Positions 45,900-56,287 of a DNA stretch of 64,000 nt are shown here, in pieces; the first letter of the stretch is position 1, and every line of letters starts with the position of its first letter. Source of the stretch: Bdellovibrionales bacterium (lineage in GTDB: Bacteria > Bdellovibrionota > Bdellovibrionia > Bdellovibrionales > UBA1609); assembly GCA_965203785.1 (NCBI GenBank), contig OZ241911.1, positions 672,540-736,539 of the forward strand. The letters run 5' to 3'. The translations under genes were made by a program, and so were the position numbers. Below the pieces are notes generated by a model. It saw only the letters and a list, made by a program, of their open reading frames with translations, searched no databases and was not told the DNA's origin.

Positions 45900-46655
45900 A
45901 TGAAGAGTTATTTATTATTTATTTTATTGTTTAGTTGTCTAATGGTATTTGCTCAATCTTCAGTTGATTTAGAAGAATCCGATATTGAATCTCCAGATCA
46001 GCAATTAATTCAGAAAATAAAAAAATTAAAAACAAAAAGTATTTCGGATTTAGTTCATTTATCTCCTTTTTCTGATGTAGTAGTGCTTCAAAGGCGTTTT
46101 ATGCCTAAAACGGGGAGGATTTCTTTATCTTCTTCTACTTCTTTTATTTTGAGTAGTGAGTTTTTTTTAAATCCTGGCTTGGAGCTTCATTTTGCTTACC
46201 ATTTTTTAGAAAAACATGGGATAGAATTAAGTGGGTATTATGTTTTGTCGTTTAGGCGTGGAGTAACTGGTGATTTTAAAACAATTGAATTGAGAGCAGA
46301 TGAAGTTAATCCCATCACTAATGGATTTTTAGGACTCACTTACAAATGGATGCCAGTTTATGGGAAAATTGCTTTGTATGATCGTCAAATTTTGGCTTTT
46401 GATACCTTTCTTAATATTGGTGGAGGAATGAGTACTTTAAGTATAAAAAACTCTCGAAATCAAATTGTTTGGGAACCCACCTTTGTAGCAGGTATTGGTC
46501 AGGTTTTTGCGATTACAAGAGATTTAGGTCTTCGATGGGATTTAAGATGGCATTTGACTTTTCGATTAACGAACGATCCAACTTCAGGTTTTTTAAGTGA
46601 TTTTCCATTTTCAATTGGGTTAACTTATTATTATCCTTCTGCAGGAGTGAGATGA
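45900..46655 (+). CDS. putative outer-membrane beta-barrel protein (GltA/GltB-like by context)
   Basis: I prefer the internal ATG at 45900 (MKSYLLFILLFSCLMVFAQ signal peptide). Beta-strand-rich. PVYGKIALYD resembles the upstream paralog's SPLYGKISVT. Confidence 0.5.
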   Translation: MKSYLLFILLFSCLMVFAQSSVDLEESDIESPDQQLIQKIKKLKTKSISDLVHLSPFSDVVVLQRRFMPKTGRISLSSSTSFILSSEFFLNPGLELHFAYHFLEKHGIELSGYYVLSFRRGVTGDFKTIELRADEVNPITNGFLGLTYKWMPVYGKIALYDRQILAFDTFLNIGGGMSTLSIKNSRNQIVWEPTFVAGIGQVFAITRDLGLRWDLRWHLTFRLTNDPTSGFLSDFPFSIGLTYYYPSAGVR

Positions 46656-48190
46656 AGTTATTAGGTATTATTTTATTGTCGAGTTTTTTGAGTTTGTCTT
46701 TGTTTGCAGATGCTCAAAAGTTGAATACAGGGGATAAACAGAGAAATCGTATGCGAGCTTTTATTCAATTAAAAAATGCTCTTAACAAATCTCAAGCTGG
46801 TCAATATCAAGAATCCACTAAAAGGTTATTTTTGTTGGAGCATCATCCATCTTTAAAAAAGCAACGTAGTAAAATTCGTTATCATTTAGCCAGAGATTTA
46901 TATAATATGGGTTTATATCATCCGGCCGTGTTTCAACTTCAAACTTTAATTAAAAACAAAGATAAAAGATATATGGGAAAGAGTTTAGAGAAAATTGCTC
47001 TCATAGCTGGTCATTTGGGAGATGATCGTCTACTGAATCATGCGATTTCACAAGGGAGTTTAAAATATATTTCTGGTTCGGAGAAACAAAAACTCCATTA
47101 CCATTTTGGGGAATTTTTTATGCGGAAGAAAAAGTTTCGAAGAGCAATTACTCATTTTTCTCGTGTTCAATCTTCCAGTTCTTTTTTCTATAAATCTTTG
47201 TATCAAATTGGTTTGGCACATGCCGAATTAAACAACATTCAAAGAGCAGCCAGCATTTTTGACAGTTTAGAAAGTCGTCGGACAGGGGTAACGGATAATT
47301 TAAAGATATCTGCTATTATGGGGAAGGCTCGGGTTTATTATCAAGGTAAACAGTGGAAAAAATCTGTAGAATCTTATTTGCGTGTTCCTAAAGATTCCCC
47401 TTTTTGGCATGATACTTTATTAGAAAGAAGTTGGGCTTTACTCAGGGCTGGTAGATTACGTTCTGCTTTAAGTAATTTTCAAACTCTACATTCGTCTTAT
47501 TATAAGGGTTATTATCAGCCCGAATCGTTATTGTTAAGGTCTATTATTTATCTTTATATATGTAAATATTATGAGATGGAAAAGGTGTTAGATTTATTTA
47601 ACAAGGTATATCAGCCGGTATTCTCGAATGTAAAAAACTTAATTAGAAATTCTTTTCCCTCTAAGACCTATTATCAGTCTTTGTTGTTGGCTACAGATAA
47701 TCGTATGAATTCGGCTCGTATTAAGTATCCTTTACCAGTTGCCAGACGTATTTTAAGAGAAGGAGATATATCGGCCATGCACTATTATGTAACGGAGTTA
47801 AAAAAAGAAAGAGATCGGGTGTATTTGTTACCTTATGCTTGGAGACGCTCTAAAATGGGAAAATATGCAGTTCAGTTAATTAATAGGAGATTAAGCAATG
47901 CTCAAAAAAAAGCAGGGAAGAAAACTTTTTTACACTTAAAAAAAATTCGATCTGAGTTGAAAGATTTTTTTCTACAAGCACAGTATATTCGTTATGAGAT
48001 GCTTAGAAGTAAGAGAGGATTTTTAAAGAAAAAAATTGCTAGAAAGCATTTAGCTCCTGTTAGGATCGAAGACTTTGATCGTAGTTATTATGTGCAGAAT
48101 GGTTATGAGTACTGGCCTTTTAAAGGGGAGTACTGGTTAGACGAATTGGGGAATTATCATTATGTGGGCATGGGAAGTTGTAATAGATAA
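46652..48190 (+). CDS. secreted TPR-like repeat protein
   Basis: Signal peptide and helical-repeat composition (e.g. LYQIGLAHAELNNIQRAASIFDSL). Start overlaps the previous stop. Confidence 0.6.
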   Translation: MKLLGIILLSSFLSLSLFADAQKLNTGDKQRNRMRAFIQLKNALNKSQAGQYQESTKRLFLLEHHPSLKKQRSKIRYHLARDLYNMGLYHPAVFQLQTLIKNKDKRYMGKSLEKIALIAGHLGDDRLLNHAISQGSLKYISGSEKQKLHYHFGEFFMRKKKFRRAITHFSRVQSSSSFFYKSLYQIGLAHAELNNIQRAASIFDSLESRRTGVTDNLKISAIMGKARVYYQGKQWKKSVESYLRVPKDSPFWHDTLLERSWALLRAGRLRSALSNFQTLHSSYYKGYYQPESLLLRSIIYLYICKYYEMEKVLDLFNKVYQPVFSNVKNLIRNSFPSKTYYQSLLLATDNRMNSARIKYPLPVARRILREGDISAMHYYVTELKKERDRVYLLPYAWRRSKMGKYAVQLINRRLSNAQKKAGKKTFLHLKKIRSELKDFFLQAQYIRYEMLRSKRGFLKKKIARKHLAPVRIEDFDRSYYVQNGYEYWPFKGEYWLDELGNYHYVGMGSCNR

Positions 48191-51100
48191 AATTACCATT
48201 GGTGTTTTTTGTTTAGGGATTTGTATTTTTAGCGTAGTGGCTGATGACAGTAAAGACACCCAATGGGTAGGTAATCGCTTGCCATCGAGTCGGGGAAGCT
48301 CTATTCACCAATTTGATGTTCGCAAAAAAAAAATGGCTGTTCCGAAAGCTAAACTGACGATCGAAAAAATTAAGCAAAAAACCATTAAAGTGGCAGAACC
48401 TCCTCGTCAGTTTAGAAGATATTTTAAAGAGGGAACAGACGAAGCTGAATTGGATCGAGTGATCAATGAGGAAATTAATCAATTGTTTAATTTACTTAAA
48501 ACTAGTCGGAGGCGTGATCTTCGATTGAGATTAGGGAGTTTGTATGTAGAAAAAGCTCATTTAATTGAGTACCAGTTATATGAGGAATACGACCGTCAGA
48601 TGAAAGATTTTGAGCAAGGGAATAGAAAAAGTAAACCTCGTTTAAAATTACGACCAACTTATGTTTTTATAGATAAATCGATTAAACTTTTTGAAACTTA
48701 TCGTCGGCAATATCCAAAAGATCGACGCATGGATCAAGTGTTATTTTTTTTAGGAGTGAGTTATTCTAAAAGAAATCGCTTAAGTCTAAGTAGGTCTCGT
48801 TACGAAGAATTAGTTAAAAGGTTTCCGAAGAGTGGTTACATTCATGATGTGTATTTTGAATTAGGGGAATATCATTTTAATCAATCTCAATGGATTAAAG
48901 CTTCTAAGTACTATCTTAAAATTGTAAAAAGTCCTCGCTCAAAACTCTATCCCTTTGCTTTGTATAAGTTAGCTTGGTGTCGATTTAACATGGGAATGAT
49001 TAAAAAAGCATTAGCTTATTTAACAGCAGTTATCCAAGAAGGATCTAATCAGAAAACAGACAAAAGTGTTGGCGTTTCTGGAGCTGGTCGCATGCATTTT
49101 GCTAAAGAGGCCACTAATGATCTACCACTTTTTTACAGTCGCTCTAGGAGAAGCCCGATTAAAGCTTTTCGATATTTTTATAATGTTTCTGATTCGTCAA
49201 AAACCGCTCTGAAGATGCTCAGGCAATTAGCTTATGCTTATTTAGATCGTGGACATTTAAAAGGTGTTCGTATTACATTTAAGCAGTTAATTAACGAAGA
49301 TCCATTTTCTCCTGAAGCTTATGAGTATCAGTATCAAATTATTCGAGCCTATACTTATGCGGGTAGTCGGAAGTTTTTTTTGCAAGAATTAAAAAGTTGG
49401 CTACACAAATATAATCCAAAAAGTAATTGGGCAGATCATAACAGTAATCGTCCAGATTTAATTCAAAAAGCTTCGAAGTTATTAGAAGTTACTATTCGCA
49501 ACTATGCTTTGCGTATGCACAAAAATTTTAACAAAACCAAAGATCCTTCAGCTAAAAATCAAACACTTTTTGGTTATGAGACTTATAATAAATTTTTTAA
49601 AAAATCTAAATTAGCAGATCAAATGTATTTCTTTCATGCCGAGCTGTTATTTGACCTTAAAGAGTATCGTTTAGCGAGCAAAAAATATATGTATGTGATG
49701 GAAAATTTTAAAAACAGTCAATATTATGAGACGGCTGCTCTTAATGGAGTATTGGCTCTTGAAAAAACCCTTCCATCTTTTAATTGGATTCGAAAGCGAG
49801 TAAAAAACAAAAAAAGTTATGTTGCTTTTACGCGACCGATTGATGATTTTCATAAAGTGGCACATAGTTACATTAGTCGTTTCCCGAAGAAAAGCAATGT
49901 TCCGGCTATTTTATATAAGACAGCTGTTTTACATTATGAATTTAACCATTATCAAGAAGCCAAAGCACAATTTTGGCAATTGGTTAAAAGATATCCGAAA
50001 AGCTCTTATATGGAGTATGCAGCTAATTCAATTTTAGATATTTACAATTTTCAAAAAGATTTTGAAGGGTTAAGGAAGGCTGCTATTCTTCTTTTAAAAA
50101 ATCCGATTATTGCCAAGTCTTCTCTAGCTAAGGAGATGCGTAAAATGTTAAGTACCATTGCTTTAAAAAATGCAGAAAATTTATCTAATAACAAACAATA
50201 TTTAGAAAGTGCTCGTTTATATAAATCGTATGCAGACACACATCTTAAGTCTCCTTCGAGGGTGTCGGCTTATTACAATGCGGGTGTTAATTTTAAAAAA
50301 GGAAAAGATTTATTAAATTCGATTAAGCTTTATAATGTGGTTTTAAATTCTCGTTCTAAAGAAGTTACTCGTTTAAAAATGCCTATTTTGAAAGAACTTC
50401 CAGAATTATATCGTCAAACGGGTCAATATAGAAAATCAGCTCATGCTTTTTCAGTATTTGCTCGTTCTTACCCTCAAGATCCTTCGGTGGCTAATTTTTG
50501 GTATAATGCGGCTTTAATTCACGATGGTTTAAACCAATACTCTCAAGCAAAGACAGCTTACTTGGAGTATTTCAGAAGAAGTCAGAAGTCAGATAAAGCT
50601 CAAGCATTATATTTATTAGCAGAGATGATGAAAAGATACGGAAAACCTCAACAAGCGGTTTCTTACTATAATCAGTTTTTGAATAAAGGTTCTGCTAATC
50701 ATAAAACTTTAGTGGAGTCTGCTTTTAATATTGCGGAAATTAAAAAAGCAAGAGGGGATATAGCATCTTCTAAAAAATGGTATCGGAAAACAATTAATAT
50801 TTATCGTAAATACAAAGTTGGAGTTTTTTATGCAGCTCAAGCTCAGTTCAATTTTGTATATGATAACTATTTAGATTTTAAAAAAATTAAAATTCCTTCT
50901 AATCCTAAGAGGCAAAAGCAGGTTGTTCAAAAAAAATTAAATTTATTTAATAAACTCAAAGAAGATTTAAAAGGTGTTATTCGTTTTGACAGTGGTCATC
51001 AGGTGGTAGCTTCTTTGGTATTAATTGGTTTAGCATCTCAACATATTGGAGAAGCTATTTATTATTCTCCGTTGCCGAAGGGATTAAATAAGCAAGAAAT

Positions 51101-51332
51101 TGCTAGATATCGACAAGCTTTAATGAAAACAGCTTTACCATTTAGGCAAGAAGCCATCAAAAATTACAATTTAGCAGTACAGAAATCTAAACAACTGAAC
51201 GCTTATAATATGCAGTGGTTAAAAATTGCTATAGAGCAGTTGAGCTTTTTTAAAAAAGCTCCGATTGTTAAAAAACCTTTTTTAAGAAAATTAACTTTAC
51301 CCGTTTTTTTGATTGATTGGTCAGGTGTTTAA
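48162..51332 (+). CDS. large TPR-repeat protein (1056 aa)
   Basis: N-terminal anchor and many TPR/BamD-YbgF-like repeats (FFLGVSYSKRNRLSLSRSRYEELVKRFPKSGY..., ALYKLAWCRFNMG). Confidence 0.7.
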   Translation: MWAWEVVIDKITIGVFCLGICIFSVVADDSKDTQWVGNRLPSSRGSSIHQFDVRKKKMAVPKAKLTIEKIKQKTIKVAEPPRQFRRYFKEGTDEAELDRVINEEINQLFNLLKTSRRRDLRLRLGSLYVEKAHLIEYQLYEEYDRQMKDFEQGNRKSKPRLKLRPTYVFIDKSIKLFETYRRQYPKDRRMDQVLFFLGVSYSKRNRLSLSRSRYEELVKRFPKSGYIHDVYFELGEYHFNQSQWIKASKYYLKIVKSPRSKLYPFALYKLAWCRFNMGMIKKALAYLTAVIQEGSNQKTDKSVGVSGAGRMHFAKEATNDLPLFYSRSRRSPIKAFRYFYNVSDSSKTALKMLRQLAYAYLDRGHLKGVRITFKQLINEDPFSPEAYEYQYQIIRAYTYAGSRKFFLQELKSWLHKYNPKSNWADHNSNRPDLIQKASKLLEVTIRNYALRMHKNFNKTKDPSAKNQTLFGYETYNKFFKKSKLADQMYFFHAELLFDLKEYRLASKKYMYVMENFKNSQYYETAALNGVLALEKTLPSFNWIRKRVKNKKSYVAFTRPIDDFHKVAHSYISRFPKKSNVPAILYKTAVLHYEFNHYQEAKAQFWQLVKRYPKSSYMEYAANSILDIYNFQKDFEGLRKAAILLLKNPIIAKSSLAKEMRKMLSTIALKNAENLSNNKQYLESARLYKSYADTHLKSPSRVSAYYNAGVNFKKGKDLLNSIKLYNVVLNSRSKEVTRLKMPILKELPELYRQTGQYRKSAHAFSVFARSYPQDPSVANFWYNAALIHDGLNQYSQAKTAYLEYFRRSQKSDKAQALYLLAEMMKRYGKPQQAVSYYNQFLNKGSANHKTLVESAFNIAEIKKARGDIASSKKWYRKTINIYRKYKVGVFYAAQAQFNFVYDNYLDFKKIKIPSNPKRQKQVVQKKLNLFNKLKEDLKGVIRFDSGHQVVASLVLIGLASQHIGEAIYYSPLPKGLNKQEIARYRQALMKTALPFRQEAIKNYNLAVQKSKQLNAYNMQWLKIAIEQLSFFKKAPIVKKPFLRKLTLPVFLIDWSGV

Positions 51333-52257
51333 AATGAAACAGGTATTTAAAATGAAAGATGTTTTTAGTTTTAAGCGAGTTTTATTGAGTCACCTAATGG
51401 TTGTTACGGTTGTTAATTTAATGGTTGTTAATTTATTCTTTTCAGCTGGAGTGGTGGCAGATGATTTAGATAAAGAGTTGGAATCTGTTTCTGTTAAACC
51501 AGAAAAGCCCAACGAAGAGTATTTAAAAGCACAAAGGCTTCAAAGTAATTTGCAAAAATTGGAATCTTTTAAAAAACTTCAATCGATGCGAGAATCTCAT
51601 TTAGTAGCAATTGTATCAAAAATTTTAAATGATGATCCTCGTAATTTACAGGCATTAAATGCTTTAGGTGCATTTTATTTAAATAAGGGTCAGATGCAGA
51701 TGGCTGATATTATATTCGTTCGTGCGTTAAAGTGGCATCCTAAAAATTCTTCTCTTCATAATAATAGAGGAGTTGTAGCCCTTAAAAAAGGGGATAAAAA
51801 AGAGGCGATTGCTCATTTTCAAAACAGTTTAAAATATCGCTACAGTAATTATTTTGCGTCAGCTAATTTAGGTGCTTTATACTTGGATTCTTATGAGTAC
51901 GATTTAAGTTTAGATTATTTAAGTTTGGCTTACAGTCGGGCGAAAAGTTATCTGCCCAAATTTCATCATGATGTATTAAAAATAGGCAATAATTATGGGG
52001 TGGCTCTTTCTTGGAATAAAAATTTTAAAAAGGCACAAAGTGTGTTTCATGAAATTATTGGAAGTAAGAAACCGAATGTGGAGTTATTATTAAATTATGC
52101 TATATTAGCAGGTGAGGATTTAAACAATAAAAGATGGGCTTTTAAGTTGTTGAGTCGAGCAGATATGTTGAATCAAACCAGACGATATACTGGGAAAATA
52201 AAAGCAATTCGCTCTTATTTTTCTAAAAGTGTTACTCGTAAAAAAAAGAGGCCATAA
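51313..52257 (+). CDS. TPR-repeat protein
   Basis: ALNALGAFYLNKGQMQMADIIFVRALKWHPKNSSLHNNRGVVALKKGDKKEAIAHFQNSLKY are canonical TPR units. The true start may be one of several nearby ATGs. Confidence 0.7.
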   Translation: MIGQVFKMKQVFKMKDVFSFKRVLLSHLMVVTVVNLMVVNLFFSAGVVADDLDKELESVSVKPEKPNEEYLKAQRLQSNLQKLESFKKLQSMRESHLVAIVSKILNDDPRNLQALNALGAFYLNKGQMQMADIIFVRALKWHPKNSSLHNNRGVVALKKGDKKEAIAHFQNSLKYRYSNYFASANLGALYLDSYEYDLSLDYLSLAYSRAKSYLPKFHHDVLKIGNNYGVALSWNKNFKKAQSVFHEIIGSKKPNVELLLNYAILAGEDLNNKRWAFKLLSRADMLNQTRRYTGKIKAIRSYFSKSVTRKKKRP

Positions 52258-52586
52258 TGTTTCAATGGATTGGACGAATTTTAATTATTTTTTTGTTGGG
52301 ATTTACTCAAGTAGCCTGGTCTATTGGTCAGGTAGAATCGAGTGCTGTGCAAAAAAAATTAGTTTCAACTCAGCGAGAGATAGCGACTACCAAAAAAAAT
52401 AAAAAAAGGCGGAAAAGGTATAAAAAAAGAGTGATGATTGATTTTGAAGATGAGTTGATAGGAGGGGGTGCATCAGTGCCGAGTATTTTTCATTTATTTC
52501 ATAAAAAGCAATTGAATTATGGGCGTTTAATTAAATTCAGAAAAAACTTTTTACCAGAGATGAGGAGAACAGTTCGAGAAATATAA
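52257..52586 (+). CDS. small membrane-anchored/secreted hypothetical protein
   Basis: 109-aa ORF with a hydrophobic N-terminus, coupled to flanking genes (start overlaps the previous stop). Confidence 0.5.
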   Translation: MFQWIGRILIIFLLGFTQVAWSIGQVESSAVQKKLVSTQREIATTKKNKKRRKRYKKRVMIDFEDELIGGGASVPSIFHLFHKKQLNYGRLIKFRKNFLPEMRRTVREI

Positions 52587-52644
52587 ATTAAGCGATGTTA
52601 ATGACTCTTAGATAGCTGGGGTATTTTTTTATGGGGGTTTATTT

Positions 52645-55071
52645 TTGGCTAAGCAGGTATTATTTTTAAAAGTATATCGTTCGGGTGAGTTAATAGATAC
52701 TCGGCAGTTTTTATTAGATCAGATTAGTATTGGGAGTGGTTCGGACGGACCTTCTTTGGTATTACCTGATCCAAGTGTGAACTATTGGCATGCTCTGATC
52801 GAAAAACGAGGTGTGCAATATTATATTTCTGACTTGGGTTCTCCTACAGGGACATTTGTTAATAACAAGCAAATTTTAGAATCAATTATAGAGCATGGGG
52901 ATCAAATTGGTATTGGGGATTTTTTAATTCACTTTTATATAGGAGTGCCATTTGCAAAACCAGTTAGTACTAGTAAACCATCGGTCTCACCACCTGTGCA
53001 ACCTCCAAAGGCTCAACCTACTACGCCACAACCTGTGCAACCTCAAGCACCACAGTCCCCTCCGCCTTCGCAACCTGTACAACAACAACCAAAGGCTCAA
53101 CCTACTACGCCTCAACCTGTGCAACCTCAAGCACCACAGTCCCCTCCGCCTTCGCAACCTCAAGCACCACAACCTCCAAAGGCAAAGGCAAAGCCTCAGC
53201 AATCGGACTCTCAAAGTGTTTCGCAATCTAAGTTTGTTTTGCCTGACACTCAATTAAGTGACAAAAAAAAATTTAAACAAGAATTAGATCCCATATTATC
53301 TCCATTAAAAAAGACAGAGGTCATTCCGGCTCCTCCTGATTTTGAATCTGTAAAAAAAGAATTTAAAGAATCTCCTCCAGCAAAAGAGTTTAAAGAGGTT
53401 AAAGAGTTAGACGAAGCTCAAGAAGCTAAAGAAACTCAAGAGGTCAAAGAAGCTAAAGAAGCTAAAGAAGCTAAAGAAGCCAAAGAAGTTCAAAGTGCAG
53501 ATGATTCTATTGAACCGTCTTTTTCTAAAAGCCAGCTATCTTCGGATCGGCAACCTCGTTTTATTGGTTTTAGAAAAAAAGCGACTTATGCCCCTTCGAG
53601 TGAGATAAAAAATTTAGATCAAACATTACAGTTAGGAGTTGGTCCGATTGTAGAAGTTTTAGTAGCCTGGAAAGAAAGAATTTTAACTGTTCGACATTTT
53701 GAAAAAACTAAAAATCGGGAGATTACTTTTGGTTCAGATCCAGATTGTGACATTTGTTTCCCCAATTTAATTGGCACAAGTAAATACCCTCTCATAGATA
53801 TAGAAAATAAAGTGACTGTTCGTGTGGCTAATAAAATGTCAGCTAAAGTAATTAGCAAAAAAGGGGAGCATTCTTTTTCTGATTTAATGCAGTCTGGTTT
53901 AGTAGTGGATAAACAAACTTATAAAGCTTTAATTGTTCAGGCGGGTCAATTGGTGCGTTTGGATTTTTCTTCTGCTGTAAGAGTTTATGTCCGTTATGTG
54001 AGTCAGGCGAATAAGGCGAATTTAGCACCAGTTTTTGATTTTAATGTTTCTGAGATGATGGGTATAATGATGTCTATTGTTTTTATGTTTTTTTTAATGG
54101 GTTACTTGACGATTTTTTCGGCAGAATTTTTAAATCCATCGGATCGTTTGGAGACAGCTGAGATTAAACAAGCAACTATTGAGTTTAAAAAACGTCTTCG
54201 TCCAGTTCGTTTAAAAATGGTGAAAAAAAAACAGTCGTTTTCTATTCCTACAAAAAGGAAATCTCTAAAAAAAATTAGAAAATCAGGCTTTAAAAAGCCC
54301 GGTAAAAAAGGGCGTATTGGATCAGTGGCTTCGCCTAAATCAAAGTTAAAGAAGAAAATAAAGCCAAAAATTGTTTCTGCTAAACCGGGTGGTTCGGTAA
54401 AGACGGGTAAAAGAGGGGCTCGAGCAAAAAGTGCAAGACCTGATCCAACTAAATTGGGTCTTTTAGGTGTATTTGGAAGTAAAGGGACTCAAAAAATGTT
54501 AGATAAAGTGTATTCGGGAACTGGAGAGTTAGCTGGCTTGGCAGAAACAGCTACTGGTTATGCGGGTCAGAAGGATTCTTATAAAGGTGAGGGGATTGGA
54601 ACAAAATTTAAAGAAGTAGGATCTGGTGGATCGGGGAATGCTTTAGTTGGAATTTCTTCTAACATTCGGACAAAAGGTCGTGGAGGTGGTAGTAAAGGTT
54701 ATGGGACAGGTGGTTCTTTAGGAGAGAGGGGAAGAGTGAAATTAGCTTTAGGTGTGGAAGACTGGGAAGTGGAAGGCGGTATCAGTAAAGAAGCAGTTTT
54801 GAGAGTGATTCGGAGAAACAAATATCAGTTAGAGTCTTGTTATGGGTCAACTTTGCAAAAAAGACCTGACTTGCAGGGGAAATTATTGTTTGAATGGGAG
54901 ATAGTGAATGGTCGAGTGAAAAATATTAAAGTTAAAAGTAATACAACGGGTAGCCGTGTGTTAGCTCGGTGTTTTATGACTCGACTGAAAAGATTTAGAT
55001 TTGATGGAGTGGGATTACAACCGGGACAAGTGGGAGTTGTGAGAATTCCTTTTGTTCCAACAACACAATAA
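52645..55071 (+). CDS. FHA-domain, Pro-rich, single-TM protein with TonB-C-like C-terminal domain (GltG/GltJ / AgmX-like)
   Basis: N-terminal FHA (ISIGSGSDGPSLVL...HALIEKRGVQYYISDLGSPTGTFVNNKQI), P/Q-rich tandem repeats, KEAKEAKEAKE, the TM segment MMGIMMSIVFMFFLMGYLTIF, and a C-terminal GISKEAVLRVIRRNKYQLESCY... domain. Confidence 0.7.
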   Translation: MAKQVLFLKVYRSGELIDTRQFLLDQISIGSGSDGPSLVLPDPSVNYWHALIEKRGVQYYISDLGSPTGTFVNNKQILESIIEHGDQIGIGDFLIHFYIGVPFAKPVSTSKPSVSPPVQPPKAQPTTPQPVQPQAPQSPPPSQPVQQQPKAQPTTPQPVQPQAPQSPPPSQPQAPQPPKAKAKPQQSDSQSVSQSKFVLPDTQLSDKKKFKQELDPILSPLKKTEVIPAPPDFESVKKEFKESPPAKEFKEVKELDEAQEAKETQEVKEAKEAKEAKEAKEVQSADDSIEPSFSKSQLSSDRQPRFIGFRKKATYAPSSEIKNLDQTLQLGVGPIVEVLVAWKERILTVRHFEKTKNREITFGSDPDCDICFPNLIGTSKYPLIDIENKVTVRVANKMSAKVISKKGEHSFSDLMQSGLVVDKQTYKALIVQAGQLVRLDFSSAVRVYVRYVSQANKANLAPVFDFNVSEMMGIMMSIVFMFFLMGYLTIFSAEFLNPSDRLETAEIKQATIEFKKRLRPVRLKMVKKKQSFSIPTKRKSLKKIRKSGFKKPGKKGRIGSVASPKSKLKKKIKPKIVSAKPGGSVKTGKRGARAKSARPDPTKLGLLGVFGSKGTQKMLDKVYSGTGELAGLAETATGYAGQKDSYKGEGIGTKFKEVGSGGSGNALVGISSNIRTKGRGGGSKGYGTGGSLGERGRVKLALGVEDWEVEGGISKEAVLRVIRRNKYQLESCYGSTLQKRPDLQGKLLFEWEIVNGRVKNIKVKSNTTGSRVLARCFMTRLKRFRFDGVGLQPGQVGVVRIPFVPTTQ

Positions 55072-55088
55072 CCAGAGGGGGTGCAATT

Positions 55089-55784
55089 TTGGAAAATAAC
55101 GCATTAGAAGTTTTACAGGAATGCTCGGCGAGTACTAATTTTATTAGTAAAGCTTTTTGTGAGGGTGGGGCAGCAATGTATTTTATTGCCGCTGTTGGTT
55201 TGTTGGTGATCTTTTTGATTATCGAAAGATTCTTAAGTCTACGCAGTCTTACAGCAGATAAAAGTAGTGTGAGTGAAAACTTATTTGGAATGCTTCTTCA
55301 AGGCAATGTCCGACAAGCTATTGTTTTTTGCGATACGACGCCAGTTCCATTAACAAACATGATGAAAGCTGGATTAGTGCAAGTGATGAACAAGAGACCA
55401 GACGAAGAAATACAAGTCGCCATGGATGCTGCTGTGTTAAGAGAGACACCTCGACTAGAGGGTTGGACTTCTTTTCTGGCTGTTTTTGGTAATATTAGTG
55501 TTTTAATTGGTTTGTTGGGTACTATTATTGGATTGATCAGATCTTTTGGTGGTGTGAGCGAAGTGGATGCGGCGACTAAAGCTGCTGTATTATCTAAAGG
55601 GATTTCTGAGGCATTAAACTGCACCGCTTTTGGTTTGGCAGTGGCGATTATTGCGATTACAGCTTATGGTTTTTTTCAAATTCGGATTGGCAGGGCTACT
55701 AATGATCTTTTAGAGAGTTCGATGAACTTAATGAACTGTGTAGTTTCTAATCGGGATAAAATTTATTCTGGTAAGAAGCAATAA
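55089..55784 (+). CDS. MotA/TolQ/ExbB proton-channel family protein (AglR-like by context)
   Basis: Three-TM topology, with the conserved GLLGTIIGLIRSF and ISEALNCTAFGLAVAI segments typical of TolQ/ExbB. Confidence 0.88.
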   Translation: MENNALEVLQECSASTNFISKAFCEGGAAMYFIAAVGLLVIFLIIERFLSLRSLTADKSSVSENLFGMLLQGNVRQAIVFCDTTPVPLTNMMKAGLVQVMNKRPDEEIQVAMDAAVLRETPRLEGWTSFLAVFGNISVLIGLLGTIIGLIRSFGGVSEVDAATKAAVLSKGISEALNCTAFGLAVAIIAITAYGFFQIRIGRATNDLLESSMNLMNCVVSNRDKIYSGKKQ

Positions 55785-55813
55785 CAAAGGGAGCTTTTTA
55801 AGGAGTGATATAA

Positions 55814-56287
55814 ATGGCTCATGTTGAAGAATCTAATGGTGGCAAGAGGGATATTGCCGTTGAATTGAATTTAGTGCCATTCATCGATTTAATGAGTGTG
55901 TGCATTATCTTTCTTTTAATAACAGCTGTATGGACTCAAGTGTCCATGATTCAACTTGGGAGTTCTGTTTATGCAAAAAAAACTTCAGAAAATTTTTTAA
56001 AAAATCCATCGGCTCATGCGGATATTCCCTTTCGAGTAAATGTATTAGAAAATGGTTTTAATGTTTTGATTGGTAGAGACAGGGTAGTGATCCCGCTAAA
56101 AAATAAAAAGTATAATGCAGAAGCTTTACTAAAATATATCCAAAAAGTTAAAAGTAGATTTCCTGATAAAAAAGATGCAATTGTTGCTTCTCGTGATCGG
56201 GTTAAATATGAGCATCTTGTAACGGCTTTGGATGTTTTATTAATAGCTGGGTTTCCTGAAGTTGCTATTGCAACGGGAGAAATGTAA
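55814..56287 (+). CDS. ExbD/TolR family protein
   Basis: N-terminal LNLVPFIDLMSVCIIFLL (the ExbD/TolR TM with conserved Asp), ~150 aa. Confidence 0.85.
   Translation: MAHVEESNGGKRDIAVELNLVPFIDLMSVCIIFLLITAVWTQVSMIQLGSSVYAKKTSENFLKNPSAHADIPFRVNVLENGFNVLIGRDRVVIPLKNKKYNAEALLKYIQKVKSRFPDKKDAIVASRDRVKYEHLVTALDVLLIAGFPEVAIATGEM

Noticed and set aside
52617-52625. 9-nt match (TGGGGTATT) between the guide-like sequence preceding the half-repeats (21044-21052) and the region upstream of the FHA/TonB-C-like gene
   Set aside because: The match is short and breaks at the repeat-proximal (seed) end. It is not evidence for targeting. A proper genome-wide search is needed.
52952-53257. Two ORFs (101 aa + strand alternate frame, 88 aa - strand) in the Pro-rich repeat region
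   Set aside because: These are alternate-frame or antisense artefacts of the low-complexity 72-bp duplication inside the 808-aa gene.
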